From: Terriglobia bacterium
GTDB lineage: Bacteria > Acidobacteriota > Terriglobia > Terriglobales > Acidobacteriaceae
DNA length: 64,000 bases
Direction: 5' to 3'
Assembly: GCA_963724105.1 (NCBI GenBank)
Contig: CAVRTD010000002.1
Location: 29,650-93,649, forward strand
Shown: positions 19,264 through 28,650 of the stretch, one piece after another
Layout: every line of letters starts with the position of its first letter
Position numbering within the stretch: position 1 is the stretch's first letter
The notes under the pieces: generated by a model
What the model was told of the DNA's origin: nothing
Database searches by the model: none
Seen by the model: only the letters and a program-made list of their open reading frames with translations
Position numbers and translations under genes: made by a program

Positions 19264-20855
19264 GTTCAGCTGCCCTCACACTTGACCAGGACGTTTGGAA
19301 GCCAAAGTTCAACCCCTGGCTCATTGCTGTTGTTGTCGCGCTGGGGGCGTTCATGGAGGTGCTTGATACCAGCATCGCCAATGTTGCATTGCCGTATATG
19401 GCAGGAAGCCTGGCGGCAAGCAATGATCAAAGCACCTGGGTCCTGACTTCTTATCTCGTCTCTAACGCCATCGTCCTTCCGATCAGCGGCTGGCTCGCGG
19501 TGAGATTTGGACGTAAGCGGTTTTTCATGAGCTGCCTCGCCGTCTTCACGGTGAGCTCGTTGCTATGCGGTGTTGCTCCCAACCTTGGTTTTCTTCTGCT
19601 CTTCCGAGTTCTGCAAGGAGCAGGCGGAGGTGGTCTGCAGCCCATGGCGCAAGCCATCCTGGCGGATACGTTCCCCCCACATCAACGAGGATTGGCATTT
19701 GCCCTTTACGGAATAACTGCTGTCATGGCTCCCACGATCGGCCCCACTCTGGGCGGATGGATCACATTCAACTACTCCTGGCGCTGGATCTTCTATATCA
19801 ATGTTCCCGTCGGCATCATGACATGGCTTCTCGTTCGGCGCTTCGTTGAAGACCCCCCATATTTAGCGCGGCTCAAAAGAGCAGGCATCAAATTGGACTA
19901 TATCGGCATTGCTCTTCTGGCAATCGGGATTGGTGCGTTGCAAATTCTATTGGACAAAGGTCAGGAAGAGGATTGGTTCGGCTCGAACTTCATCACCACT
20001 TTGGTCATTGTGTCAGGCGCGTGCCTGATCTCGCTGGTGATCTGGGAGTGGTTTCACAAAGCGCCCATTATCGATGTTCACTTGTTCAAGTCTTTCAATT
20101 TTGCCAGCGCGAACGTGATGATGTTCATGCTTGGAGTTTTGTTGTTCAGCAGCCTGGTTCTGATGCCACAGTTCCTGCAAACGCTCCTTGGGTACACTTC
20201 AGAGCTTGCTGGCCTGGCTCTTTCGGCCGGAGGGCTCATCTTGCTCTTCGAAATGCCGCTCATAGGACAGCTGTCAAGGAAAATTCACGCGCGCCGGCTG
20301 ATCGCCTTTGGCTGGCTGGCATTGTCTGTGGCCATGTTTTATTCCACGCGTCGAATCGACCTGCAGATGAGTTTCACTGCGGCCACGTGGCTGCGCATAG
20401 CTCAGGTAATCGGATTGGGGTTCTTGTTTGTACCCATCAATCTCGCCGCCTATGTGGGAATTGCGCCAGAGAAGAATAATGCAGTCGCCGGCCTCGTAAA
20501 CTTCATGCGGAACATGGGCAGCAGTGTCGGAACTTCGCTGGTGACCACGGTGATTGCGCGCCGGTCTCAATTCCATCAAGGAAGACTCGCGGAGCAAACC
20601 AGGATTGACAATCCAAATTTTGCCAATACGGTGCAAGGTCTGACGCAGCACTTCGCGAATGGCGGGTTGAGTAGACATGAGGCGTCTGCCACCGCCTTTG
20701 CCAGTATTTATCGGTCCATTCAGGCGCAGGCGGCTAGTCTGGCCTACATCGATACGTTCAAGGTTCTTGGCGTTTGCGCCGCAGTGATGTTCTGCGTGTC
20801 ATTCTTTCTTAAGAAAAATGATCTCGGCGGCGGTGGTGGTACGATTGCGGAATGA
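19260..20855 (+). CDS. DHA2 (EmrB/QacA-type) 14-TMS MFS efflux transporter
   Basis: 531 aa. Motifs LDTSIANVALPYM and GWLAVRFGRKRFF (MFS motif A). The start overlaps the HlyD stop (ATGA). Confidence 0.9.
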   Translation: MSSAALTLDQDVWKPKFNPWLIAVVVALGAFMEVLDTSIANVALPYMAGSLAASNDQSTWVLTSYLVSNAIVLPISGWLAVRFGRKRFFMSCLAVFTVSSLLCGVAPNLGFLLLFRVLQGAGGGGLQPMAQAILADTFPPHQRGLAFALYGITAVMAPTIGPTLGGWITFNYSWRWIFYINVPVGIMTWLLVRRFVEDPPYLARLKRAGIKLDYIGIALLAIGIGALQILLDKGQEEDWFGSNFITTLVIVSGACLISLVIWEWFHKAPIIDVHLFKSFNFASANVMMFMLGVLLFSSLVLMPQFLQTLLGYTSELAGLALSAGGLILLFEMPLIGQLSRKIHARRLIAFGWLALSVAMFYSTRRIDLQMSFTAATWLRIAQVIGLGFLFVPINLAAYVGIAPEKNNAVAGLVNFMRNMGSSVGTSLVTTVIARRSQFHQGRLAEQTRIDNPNFANTVQGLTQHFANGGLSRHEASATAFASIYRSIQAQAASLAYIDTFKVLGVCAAVMFCVSFFLKKNDLGGGGGTIAE

Positions 20856-20894
20856 CCTGCTTATCGCTTAATCCAGAGGCTCAGAAAAGGCAGC

Positions 20895-21530
20895 ATGAGT
20901 ATGATCAAAATCATCACCATTGAACGGGAATACGGATGCGGAGGAGGCGAGATCGCCCAACTGGTGGCGAAGCGCCTTGGCTGGAAGCTTTGGGACCAGG
21001 CGTTGACCGAGGAAATCGCGCGGCTGGCCAAGTGTCCCACGACGATAGTCGAAAATCGAGAGGAACGGACCGATCCTCTCTACTATAGGCTTTTCAAATC
21101 TTTTCTCCGTGGAAGCTATGAGGGCAGCCTCAATGCGCCCAAACTTAACCTTGTAGACAGCGAGACGATTCTCGCTACTACCCGCCGGGTGGTGGAAAAC
21201 GCTGCCACGCATGGAAATGGCGTCATCGTCGGTAGAGGTTCGCAGCAGTTTCTCAAGGACCGGCCAGATATATTGCGCGTCTTCCTGTATGCGCCAAGAG
21301 AAAACAAAATCCGTCGCTTAGTGGCCCGCGGCAAAACCGAGAAGGAAGCGGAAGAACTGATCGATACGGTCGACAACGAGCGCGCCGATTTCATTAAGAA
21401 ATACTTCGACGTGGAATGGCCTGATCGCGCAATCTACCACGCCATGATCAACACCAGCTGCGGAGATGAGGCTACGATGCGCATGATCCTGAACTTTATG
21501 GACGCCTATGCCCCGTGCGCGATTGCATAA
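20895..21530 (+). CDS. cytidylate kinase-like family protein
   Basis: 211 aa. IITIEREYGCGGGEIAQLVAKRLGWKLWD is the characteristic N-terminus of the cytidylate-kinase-like (Cytidylate_kin2) family. Confidence 0.7.
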   Translation: MSMIKIITIEREYGCGGGEIAQLVAKRLGWKLWDQALTEEIARLAKCPTTIVENREERTDPLYYRLFKSFLRGSYEGSLNAPKLNLVDSETILATTRRVVENAATHGNGVIVGRGSQQFLKDRPDILRVFLYAPRENKIRRLVARGKTEKEAEELIDTVDNERADFIKKYFDVEWPDRAIYHAMINTSCGDEATMRMILNFMDAYAPCAIA

Positions 21531-21779
21531 GTTTACTTTTACATCCTCATTCCCTCGCAAAGGATCGTTTCAGACCAAAACAACGTCACAATCGGCGCAT
21601 CTGGCCGTCCACTCAACGTCTTCCGCAGGGATCTCAGATACCGCTTAAGGACCTAAGCCATTCGGAACGCCCGCAGGCAGCTCAGGGCGAACACAATCAT
21701 ATTTTTAGCAAACTCGGCCAACCAGCACTGGTTTTTAACACATCATAGCTTCCGGTCATTGCTTCCGGGAGTGTAGCCC

Positions 21780-23198
21780 ATGAACAGGCGAAGCATATCG
21801 TTTCTTGTGGTGATAGCCAGTATTGGTGTGATGACCTCATGCCAGGGGCTGGGCTCCAACGCCGCCCCTCAACCCTTGCCAACTCCCGCTGGTAGCATTA
21901 CATCGGTAAATCACATCATCATCATGGTGCAGGAAAACCGTTCCTTTGACTCTTATTTTGGCAACATGACGGCCTTCCGCCAGCAAAGTAACCCGCCGAT
22001 TCCGATCAACAGCAGCGACGGGAAGATCAACGATTTAAGCAATGCCGTTGGCTTTGTAAACCACAACGGCGCCGGGAACATGAACATTGCGCCATTTCGC
22101 GCCGGTTCCGTGTGCACCGAGAATTTGAGTCCGGACTGGGAAGAGCATCACTTGCAGATCAACCATGCGAACCCGGCGGCTGCTTCGCCCACGAACGCAC
22201 CCATGGATGGGTTCGCGGCGGTGGCTTTCGATGAGGGTACGGCCTTTGCCACTCACGGTATTTTTCTGGTTGACCAGACCGGACGCAGGGCCATGGGCTT
22301 CTTTGATGAAACACAGCTCAATTACTACTATTTCATGGCTGCGAATTTTGGCATGAGTGACAACTTACATTCCCCGCTGCCGGCCAATACAACTCCCAAT
22401 CGTATGTTTCTACACGGCGCCACGTCACAGGGCTTTGCTCATATACCCTCGCGTCTTCTCACATCCAAGACGATTTGGCAGGAACTTGATGAAAAAGGCA
22501 TCTCCTGGAAGATCTACGTAACCGATTTCAGCAGAAGCTTTAAGACTTACCTATCATTCTTTACCTACATCAATCAGCCCGGAGTGCAAGCGAAGATTGT
22601 GCCGCTCTCAGAATATTTCACCGATCTCCAGGCAGGAACGCTGCCTTCAGTATCAATGATTGAGGCCGGTTATTTCAGCGGGCTAGATGAGCACACCAGC
22701 AACATCAATCCCACCGCGGGCGTCGCAAGCCCCATCAACGTACAAGCAGGCGCGGCCCAGGTGGCTTCAATTCTTACCCCGCTGCTGACCAGCACTTCCT
22801 GGAAAGATACTGTTTTTCTATTTTCTTTTGACGAAGGAGGCGGAGCTTTTGACCATGCTCCACCCGTCCCAGTGCCCAACCCAGACGGCATTCCGCCCCA
22901 GGACTTGATTGCCGGCAAAGACGTTGCGGGCGATTTCACCATGACAGGTGTTCGGGTCCCCAACATGATCGTTTCGCCGTTTTCCAAGAAGAACTTTGTT
23001 TCGCACACGCCAATGGACTATTCCGCGTTCTTGAAATTCATTGAAACACGGTTCGGGCTGTCCGCGCTCAATGCGCGTGACGCCTCTATGCCGGATATGA
23101 CGGAATTTTTTGATTTCACCAATGGCGGGCCGTGGGCTGCGCCTCCAACCCCGCCAGCCCAACGCCGTAATGGCGTTTGCAATTTCGCAGCAGAATAG
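21780..23198 (+). CDS. secreted phosphoesterase-family protein (phospholipase C / acid phosphatase type)
   Basis: 472 aa with a signal/lipobox-like N-terminus. HIIIMVQENRSFDSYFG is the hallmark of the phosphoesterase family (PF04185-type). Confidence 0.8.
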   Translation: MNRRSISFLVVIASIGVMTSCQGLGSNAAPQPLPTPAGSITSVNHIIIMVQENRSFDSYFGNMTAFRQQSNPPIPINSSDGKINDLSNAVGFVNHNGAGNMNIAPFRAGSVCTENLSPDWEEHHLQINHANPAAASPTNAPMDGFAAVAFDEGTAFATHGIFLVDQTGRRAMGFFDETQLNYYYFMAANFGMSDNLHSPLPANTTPNRMFLHGATSQGFAHIPSRLLTSKTIWQELDEKGISWKIYVTDFSRSFKTYLSFFTYINQPGVQAKIVPLSEYFTDLQAGTLPSVSMIEAGYFSGLDEHTSNINPTAGVASPINVQAGAAQVASILTPLLTSTSWKDTVFLFSFDEGGGAFDHAPPVPVPNPDGIPPQDLIAGKDVAGDFTMTGVRVPNMIVSPFSKKNFVSHTPMDYSAFLKFIETRFGLSALNARDASMPDMTEFFDFTNGGPWAAPPTPPAQRRNGVCNFAAE

Positions 23199-23227
23199 CC
23201 CTGAGCCAATGGCTGCATAGCTAGGGC

Positions 23228-24662
23228 TCAGTCTGGGTCCATGACCCCAGTGTCATATTGTGTGATTGGCTTCATGGGCATAGGCGGGTGGTCTTTATCG
23301 CGCCAGAATGTAGTGAAGCACTCCCCTTCTTCACGAGGTTCCCACTTGGTGTTGTCGGCAAATGTGATGCTTGCCGGATAGAAAATCCATCCCTGAATGG
23401 TTTCACTCTTAAACAACCAGTCCTCGCGCTCGAAGGAGACTTCAGCTCCCGCGGCAAGCTCTTTGTCGGAGGCCGCCTGAAATGGAACTGGATAAACATA
23501 GCCGGGAATCGTAAATGCCTCTGAGGCAAGCCGGAACGCCCGGATGGTTTTTGTACCGCTGTTCCTTACGGTCAGGCGGAACTTGCCATTGCGTTTTTGC
23601 CAGAAGTCGCCCTCCAGAAATTCAAGCGGGCAGGGGCGCGGACGGGGACGGATCGTATAGGTCGTCATCATGCCCGCCTCCATGTGATCGGAGACCTGGC
23701 AGTGAAACAGCCATGTACCGGGATTGTCCGCCAGCATATCCACGCTGACCATGCTGGCCGGCAGCAGCTCTATTACATCTGTCCTGGTGCCTTCTCAGAC
23801 GAACCGTTTTACCGTGCCAATGCGGCGTGTGCAGGTCGCGCTCATTGCCCATGGCCATAAGGTGCCAGCGTACGCGCTGGCCATCGCGCATAACCAACCC
23901 TTGCAAGTTGCCGAAAATCAATCCATTGATCGCATGCATCAGCCCGGCTTCCTTCTTGTCCATTTCATCGAAGATCATGAACGCCGCCACGAACTCCTGA
24001 TCAACGTCTTTTGGGGTTGCGTCCGGGTGAGCATGCCCTGCGCGACTAATAATGATGGGACCAAGCAGCCCGCGATTGGTCTCCAGGCCTTCCTCTACAT
24101 GCGGGTGATACCACCACACAACCGAGTCGCCATCCTCCGGGCTGGGACCGCTGTCTTGATCTGCGTGCCACGTGTAGACCCAACTCTTCCCTGGGGGAAC
24201 AATCGCACCCCGGCGCTGCGGAAGGTAGTGCGCGCCCTCACTGTCCTTATCGTAGCGGAGACCATGTGGATGCAGGTTGTGCGGGAGTTTTGACCGGTTC
24301 AGGAAATGGACTTTGATCGTGTCGCCTACCTCAGCCCGGATTACAGGCCCAAGAATACCCAGCCACAAAGGCTGCGGCTTGACGACGTTAAAGTTCTCAT
24401 CCGTGTATTCGATGAAGCGTGTCTTTTCCCAACGGGTATGGCCGGCATAAAGAGGAGGAATCGGTGCACCATCGAGCAGGTCGCGCCCCGTGGGTGCGTA
24501 ATCCCACATCACTTCTTCGGCCGCGATGTAATAGTGCCGCACCTTTGGTGCGACAGGCCGTTTTGCCTGCTTCCCGGTGGCTGCCTTTAAGAGAGCGGGC
24601 ACGGCAAGCAGAAATGACAAAAACGTGCGCCGTGTCAGGTGGTTTTTGCTTTGCATTGGCAT
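23228..24662 (-). pseudogene. ceruloplasmin-like multicopper oxidase with extra C-terminal domain; frame broken near 23780-23810
   Basis: The upstream ORF has HPHGLRYD, WWYHPHV and HTPHWHGKTV, then runs into nonsense. In the other frame the sequence continues GTRTDVIELLPASMVSVDMLADNPGTWLFHCQVSDHMEAGMMTTYTI, the type-1 Cu motif. I re-translated the junction by hand: frame 2 is closed by TGA (23795-23797), directly upstream of its open stretch beginning EGTRTD. Confidence 0.6.
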
Positions 24663-25060
24663 GTCTTCTCAACGTCGTGGCAAGAAATAATTCATGAGGG
24701 TTAGTTTCGAATCCTATCACCTTGTTTCGGTGATTATAACTAGGAGGAGCCTAAATTCGCAGTTACGCTCACGTCTCTTCAGGTTGGGCAAAAGAGGCAC
24801 GTTGCCGCCACTCTCGAACCGACCACCGCATACGGTCTTGCAGATTAGAGAATTCTTCTCTGCGCTTTTTATCGATCAGGCACATGACGCCTTCAGGTAC
24901 TCTGACTTTCTTCGTGCACGGTCAGGTTTCAGGTTGCGCTTTTCGCGCGAATATAAGAACCTTGTGTGTTGATACCGGAGGACTGGCCGTCCTCTGGGGT
25001 CTTGCTCAGCGTGAACGTTGCTTCCGGACGCTGTTCCGCCACTCGGGCGAAAAAGGATCC

Positions 25061-27451
25061 ATGATCCAGCCATCTGAGAATGAGAAAGTCACGCCCCATG
25101 CGATCGGAAAGTACATCGCGCAAATCACGATTGTCTTTGTAGCGTTTTTCATCGCCGGCAAAATCGGCCAGGCCACCACCAACATCAGGAGCGGGAATAT
25201 CGGGCCGGTTTGGCCTGCCTACGGGATCGCGCTTGCCGCGGTTTTGCTATGCGGCTATCGGGTTTGGCTCGGGATCGCCGCCGGCGCATTTCTTATCGCC
25301 TTTTTGAGTCCGGTTCCTCTCATCGCCGCCGTGGGGCAGGCGGCCGGATCAACGCTGGCCGCGTTGACGGGTGCTTACCTCCTTCATCGTATCTCCAGGT
25401 TTCAGCCTTCTTTCTCACGCTTGCGGGATGCGCTGGGGATGATTGTATTCGGTGCGTTTGGCAGCGCCGTGGTGAGTGCCTCCATCGGAGTTTCAGTTTT
25501 ATACGCGACTCACGTGCAAGCCTATTCCGGACTTGGTCATGCCTGGCTGATCTATTGGTTTGGAGACAGCACGGGAGGGTTGTTGATAACCCCTCTCGTA
25601 TTGACGTTCCTCGGCCTGCTGAAGATTCGTCCTTCGGTACGAGCCGCGGAATTTGGCGCGCTTCTATTCCTTCTCACGATGACATCACTGCTCATCTTTT
25701 CCGACCACTCTCTGCTGCCGGTAAAACTCCATGTTATGGCTTTCGCAGTGCTTCCATTCGTGATCTGGGCAGCCATACGCTTTGGCATGAGCGGCGCCGC
25801 GCTCGCAACTTTCATCGTTGCTGCCATCGCAACAGTAGAGACCGGCTACGGCGCCGGGCCTTTTGCGCAGAACACCCCATTCACCAACGCAGTACTGCTG
25901 GATGTTTTCTTTGCGGTGATTTCGGTATCGGGAATGATATTGGCAGCCGTCATCGCGGAACGGGAACAGGCCCAGAGGGAACGCGAGAAAGTTGTTCGTG
26001 AACAGGCTGGCATGGAGGCCCGCCTTCGCCTGGCCGCCATTATGGAATCATCCGACGACGCGATCATCGGAACGGACACGGCCGGAACAATTACGAATTG
26101 GAACAAAGGTGCGGAGCAGCTTTACGGCTATTCCGCGGATGAGGTAATCGGGGCGCTGATTTCCATCCTTATACCACCCGGGCGCGGCGGCGTTTGTGCC
26201 AAGATCATGAACGAGGTGAGGCTGGGAACCTCGGTCAAACACCACCAGACGGTGCGACGGAAAAAAGATGGCACGCTTGTTGAAGTTTCACTCACTGGTT
26301 CGCCAATACTCACCATGGACGGCCAGGTTGTAGGACTATCAGCCATAGAACGCGACATTACGGAAAGCAAGCGCCAGGAGACCATCCTGCGCGACAGTGA
26401 AGAGCGCTTTCGCATGGCAGCGCACGCCGGAAAAATGTTTGCTTATGAGTGGGATGCCGCTACCGACGTAATTGTGCGCTCGGAAGAATCTACCAAGGTT
26501 CTCGGCATCGATGAATCTGTGCCCCTTACCGGTGGGCAAGCGCTGGGCAGGGTCCACCCAGACGACCGGGAAAGACTTCTGGCCGCCATTGCCGCGTTGG
26601 CTCCTGAGAAGCCTCATCTTCAGATCAGTTATCGCATCATGCGTCCGGACGATACCGAGATTTGGGTGGAGAGAAACAGTCTTGCGCATTTTGACGCACA
26701 AGGCAAAGTTCTGCGGATCGTGGGCATGATAGCGGACATCACGGAACGCAAACGGGCAGAAGTGGCCCTCTCCAACGCCAGGCTCAAGTTGGTTGAAGCT
26801 CAGGAACTGGAACGCAGGCGGATTGCCAGAGAGCTTCACGACGACATCGGTCAACGCCTCGCGCTGCTGACCGTTGAACTGGATCTCCTGCGGAAGAATG
26901 CCCCCGATTTGGCGGACGCAGTCCGATCCGGCTTGGGCGAGGTACGAGAGCAGGCCGCCGAGATCGCGGCTGATATCCAGTCTTTGTCGCATGAGTTGCA
27001 CTCTGCAAGAGTGGAGTATCTGGGAATCGCCCCCGCTATGCAGGGTTTCTGCCGTGGATTCGGAGAGAAACAAGGGGTAGAGGTTGATTTCAAGGCACAC
27101 GATTTGCCGGGATCATTGTCGCCGGAAGTTTCCCTTTGCCTCTTCCGCGTCCTGCAGGAATCCCTCCATAACTCGGTCAAACACAGCGGAGCGGAAAGCT
27201 TCAAAGTGCGGCTGTGGGGAACGCCGAATGACATTTACCTCACGGTCAGCGATTCAGGCGCGGGCTTCGACAGTGAAGCCGCCAAAGAGAGTCGCGGCAT
27301 TGGGCTCATCAGCATGGAGGAGCGGTTGCGATTGGTGAACGGAATGTTTTCCATCGAATCGCACCCCAACCGCGGCACCACGATCCACGCGCGCGTGCCC
27401 CTCTCTTCCGGACGCGATTCCACCTCTGATTCAATGTCCGCTACCGGCTAG
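25061..27451 (+). CDS. MASE1 - PAS - PAS - HisKA_3/HATPase sensor histidine kinase
   Basis: The likely start is MIQPSENEK (RBS AAAGGA). The track ORF start at 24884 is probably an upstream extension. There are about 8 TM helices (MASE1-like), then two PAS segments (..IIGTDTAGTITNWNKGAEQLYGY.., ..RMAAHAGKMFAYEWD..). The H-box is ELHDDIGQRLALL. The G-box region is DSGAGF...GIGLISMEERL. Confidence 0.85.
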   Translation: MIQPSENEKVTPHAIGKYIAQITIVFVAFFIAGKIGQATTNIRSGNIGPVWPAYGIALAAVLLCGYRVWLGIAAGAFLIAFLSPVPLIAAVGQAAGSTLAALTGAYLLHRISRFQPSFSRLRDALGMIVFGAFGSAVVSASIGVSVLYATHVQAYSGLGHAWLIYWFGDSTGGLLITPLVLTFLGLLKIRPSVRAAEFGALLFLLTMTSLLIFSDHSLLPVKLHVMAFAVLPFVIWAAIRFGMSGAALATFIVAAIATVETGYGAGPFAQNTPFTNAVLLDVFFAVISVSGMILAAVIAEREQAQREREKVVREQAGMEARLRLAAIMESSDDAIIGTDTAGTITNWNKGAEQLYGYSADEVIGALISILIPPGRGGVCAKIMNEVRLGTSVKHHQTVRRKKDGTLVEVSLTGSPILTMDGQVVGLSAIERDITESKRQETILRDSEERFRMAAHAGKMFAYEWDAATDVIVRSEESTKVLGIDESVPLTGGQALGRVHPDDRERLLAAIAALAPEKPHLQISYRIMRPDDTEIWVERNSLAHFDAQGKVLRIVGMIADITERKRAEVALSNARLKLVEAQELERRRIARELHDDIGQRLALLTVELDLLRKNAPDLADAVRSGLGEVREQAAEIAADIQSLSHELHSARVEYLGIAPAMQGFCRGFGEKQGVEVDFKAHDLPGSLSPEVSLCLFRVLQESLHNSVKHSGAESFKVRLWGTPNDIYLTVSDSGAGFDSEAAKESRGIGLISMEERLRLVNGMFSIESHPNRGTTIHARVPLSSGRDSTSDSMSATG

Positions 27452-27909
27452 ACACCAAAAGCCCCAGGACGAATCTGCCCTTCTACTGCGCTGACAAACT
27501 GCCCGCCTTCACGCACTGCTTCCAAGGCAGGTAGCAACTCGCCTTCCGCGCGTGACTTGATAAGGTAACCCTGTCCGCCCAGGCTTAGTGCGGCTTCAAC
27601 GATTTCGGCCGAGTATTCCTGGGTCAGGAAGATTATTTTGCATTCGGCGTGAAGCGCCAGAATACGGCGCGCCGCGGCGATTCCGTTCAGACCTGGGAGC
27701 CCAATGTCCATTAGGATCACGTCCGGCGCCAGTTCCTTGGCTTTCTGAACTGCATCCAGTCCATCAGAAACTTCCCCAACCACCTGGAAATCCGTTCTCT
27801 TTTGCAGCATCGAACAGATACACTGCAGAAACGGCGCGTAATCCTCCACCACCAGAACCCGAGTCAACAACATACCTCCATCGCCCGCAATATGAGAGGT
27901 CTGAACCAT
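27448..27909 (-). CDS. stand-alone receiver-domain response regulator
   Basis: VLVVEDYAPFL...DVILMDIGLPGLNG...IIFLTQ is a CheY-like REC domain with no output domain. It is convergent with the kinase and overlaps it by 4 nt. The start could be the internal MLLTRV (27873). Confidence 0.8.
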   Translation of the reverse strand: MVQTSHIAGDGGMLLTRVLVVEDYAPFLQCICSMLQKRTDFQVVGEVSDGLDAVQKAKELAPDVILMDIGLPGLNGIAAARRILALHAECKIIFLTQEYSAEIVEAALSLGGQGYLIKSRAEGELLPALEAVREGGQFVSAVEGQIRPGAFGV

Positions 27910-28084
27910 AAACCTGGAGTGATCATAAATGAAGATGGGTTCCTAAAAGCCCCAAAACTTCATGTTTTATCTGCCTTAGGAAATCACCAACGCTCACAGC
28001 TGCTTCCATTTTTTGCCGGCACTCGCGCAGGGCGGCATTCGCATCCTCGTTTGGGCCACCTCATAAAGAAAGTGACACATTCAT

Positions 28085-28099
28085 TGACTTACTAAGTCA
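28085..28099. promoter_or_regulatory. perfect 15-bp palindrome TGACTTA-C-TAAGTCA upstream of the NHLP precursor/export operon
   Basis: Seen directly in the sequence, ~175 nt upstream of the ATG at 28274 in a 364-bp intergenic region. Function is not established. Confidence 0.3.
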
Positions 28100-28273
28100 G
28101 TAATTCAATGGAGTTTTTCAGTTGTTCCCGCCCCGGGCAAGCAGCAATCTATCTATGCAACTGGAACACAGCGGGCCGAAGCAATCTCGGCGCGACGACC
28201 AGTTCTCATTTTCGATTGGCCTCCGCATTGCGGTTCATGCGGGATGAACAAACTCAGAAGGAGATTCGGCAAG

Positions 28274-28555
28274 ATGAGCCATCACGACCCTCAATTTCAA
28301 TCGGCTATTCGCCAGGTACTCCGGCGATCCGCCATAGATCAGGATTTTCGCCAGTTGGCGCTGAAAGATAGCACGGCGGCTTTCGCTAAATTTGGCATCG
28401 TTCCGCCTGCGGACGTCACGGTGGATTTCATTGACAACTTCGGGAAGCCGAGGAAGACCATTGTGCTCCCTGACCCAGTGGCACAGGTAGAGGAACTAAC
28501 AGACGAGGACTTAGAGGAAGTAGCCGGGGGATGTGTCCTGGCAAGCACCATCTAG
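28274..28555 (+). CDS. NHLP/Nif11-type RiPP precursor peptide: 86-aa leader ending VAGG, 7-aa core CVLASTI
   Basis: Start chosen at MSHHDPQF (RBS GAAGGAG 8 nt upstream). The leader reads ...AIDQDFRQLALKDSTAAFAKFGIVPPADVTVDFIDNFGKPRKTIVLPDPVAQVEELTDEDLEEVAGG|CVLASTI. It has the nitrile-hydratase-like leader layout with a classical double-Gly cleavage motif. The NHLM-type export genes follow directly. Confidence 0.8.
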   Translation: MSHHDPQFQSAIRQVLRRSAIDQDFRQLALKDSTAAFAKFGIVPPADVTVDFIDNFGKPRKTIVLPDPVAQVEELTDEDLEEVAGGCVLASTI

Positions 28556-28650
28556 TTCATACGATGAATTCATGAGTCGGAGTGCAGAAGTGCTTCTGCA
28601 AGCTGAGAGCTGCTTCTGCACATTCGAACAAAAAATGGCGCGGGACAGAA

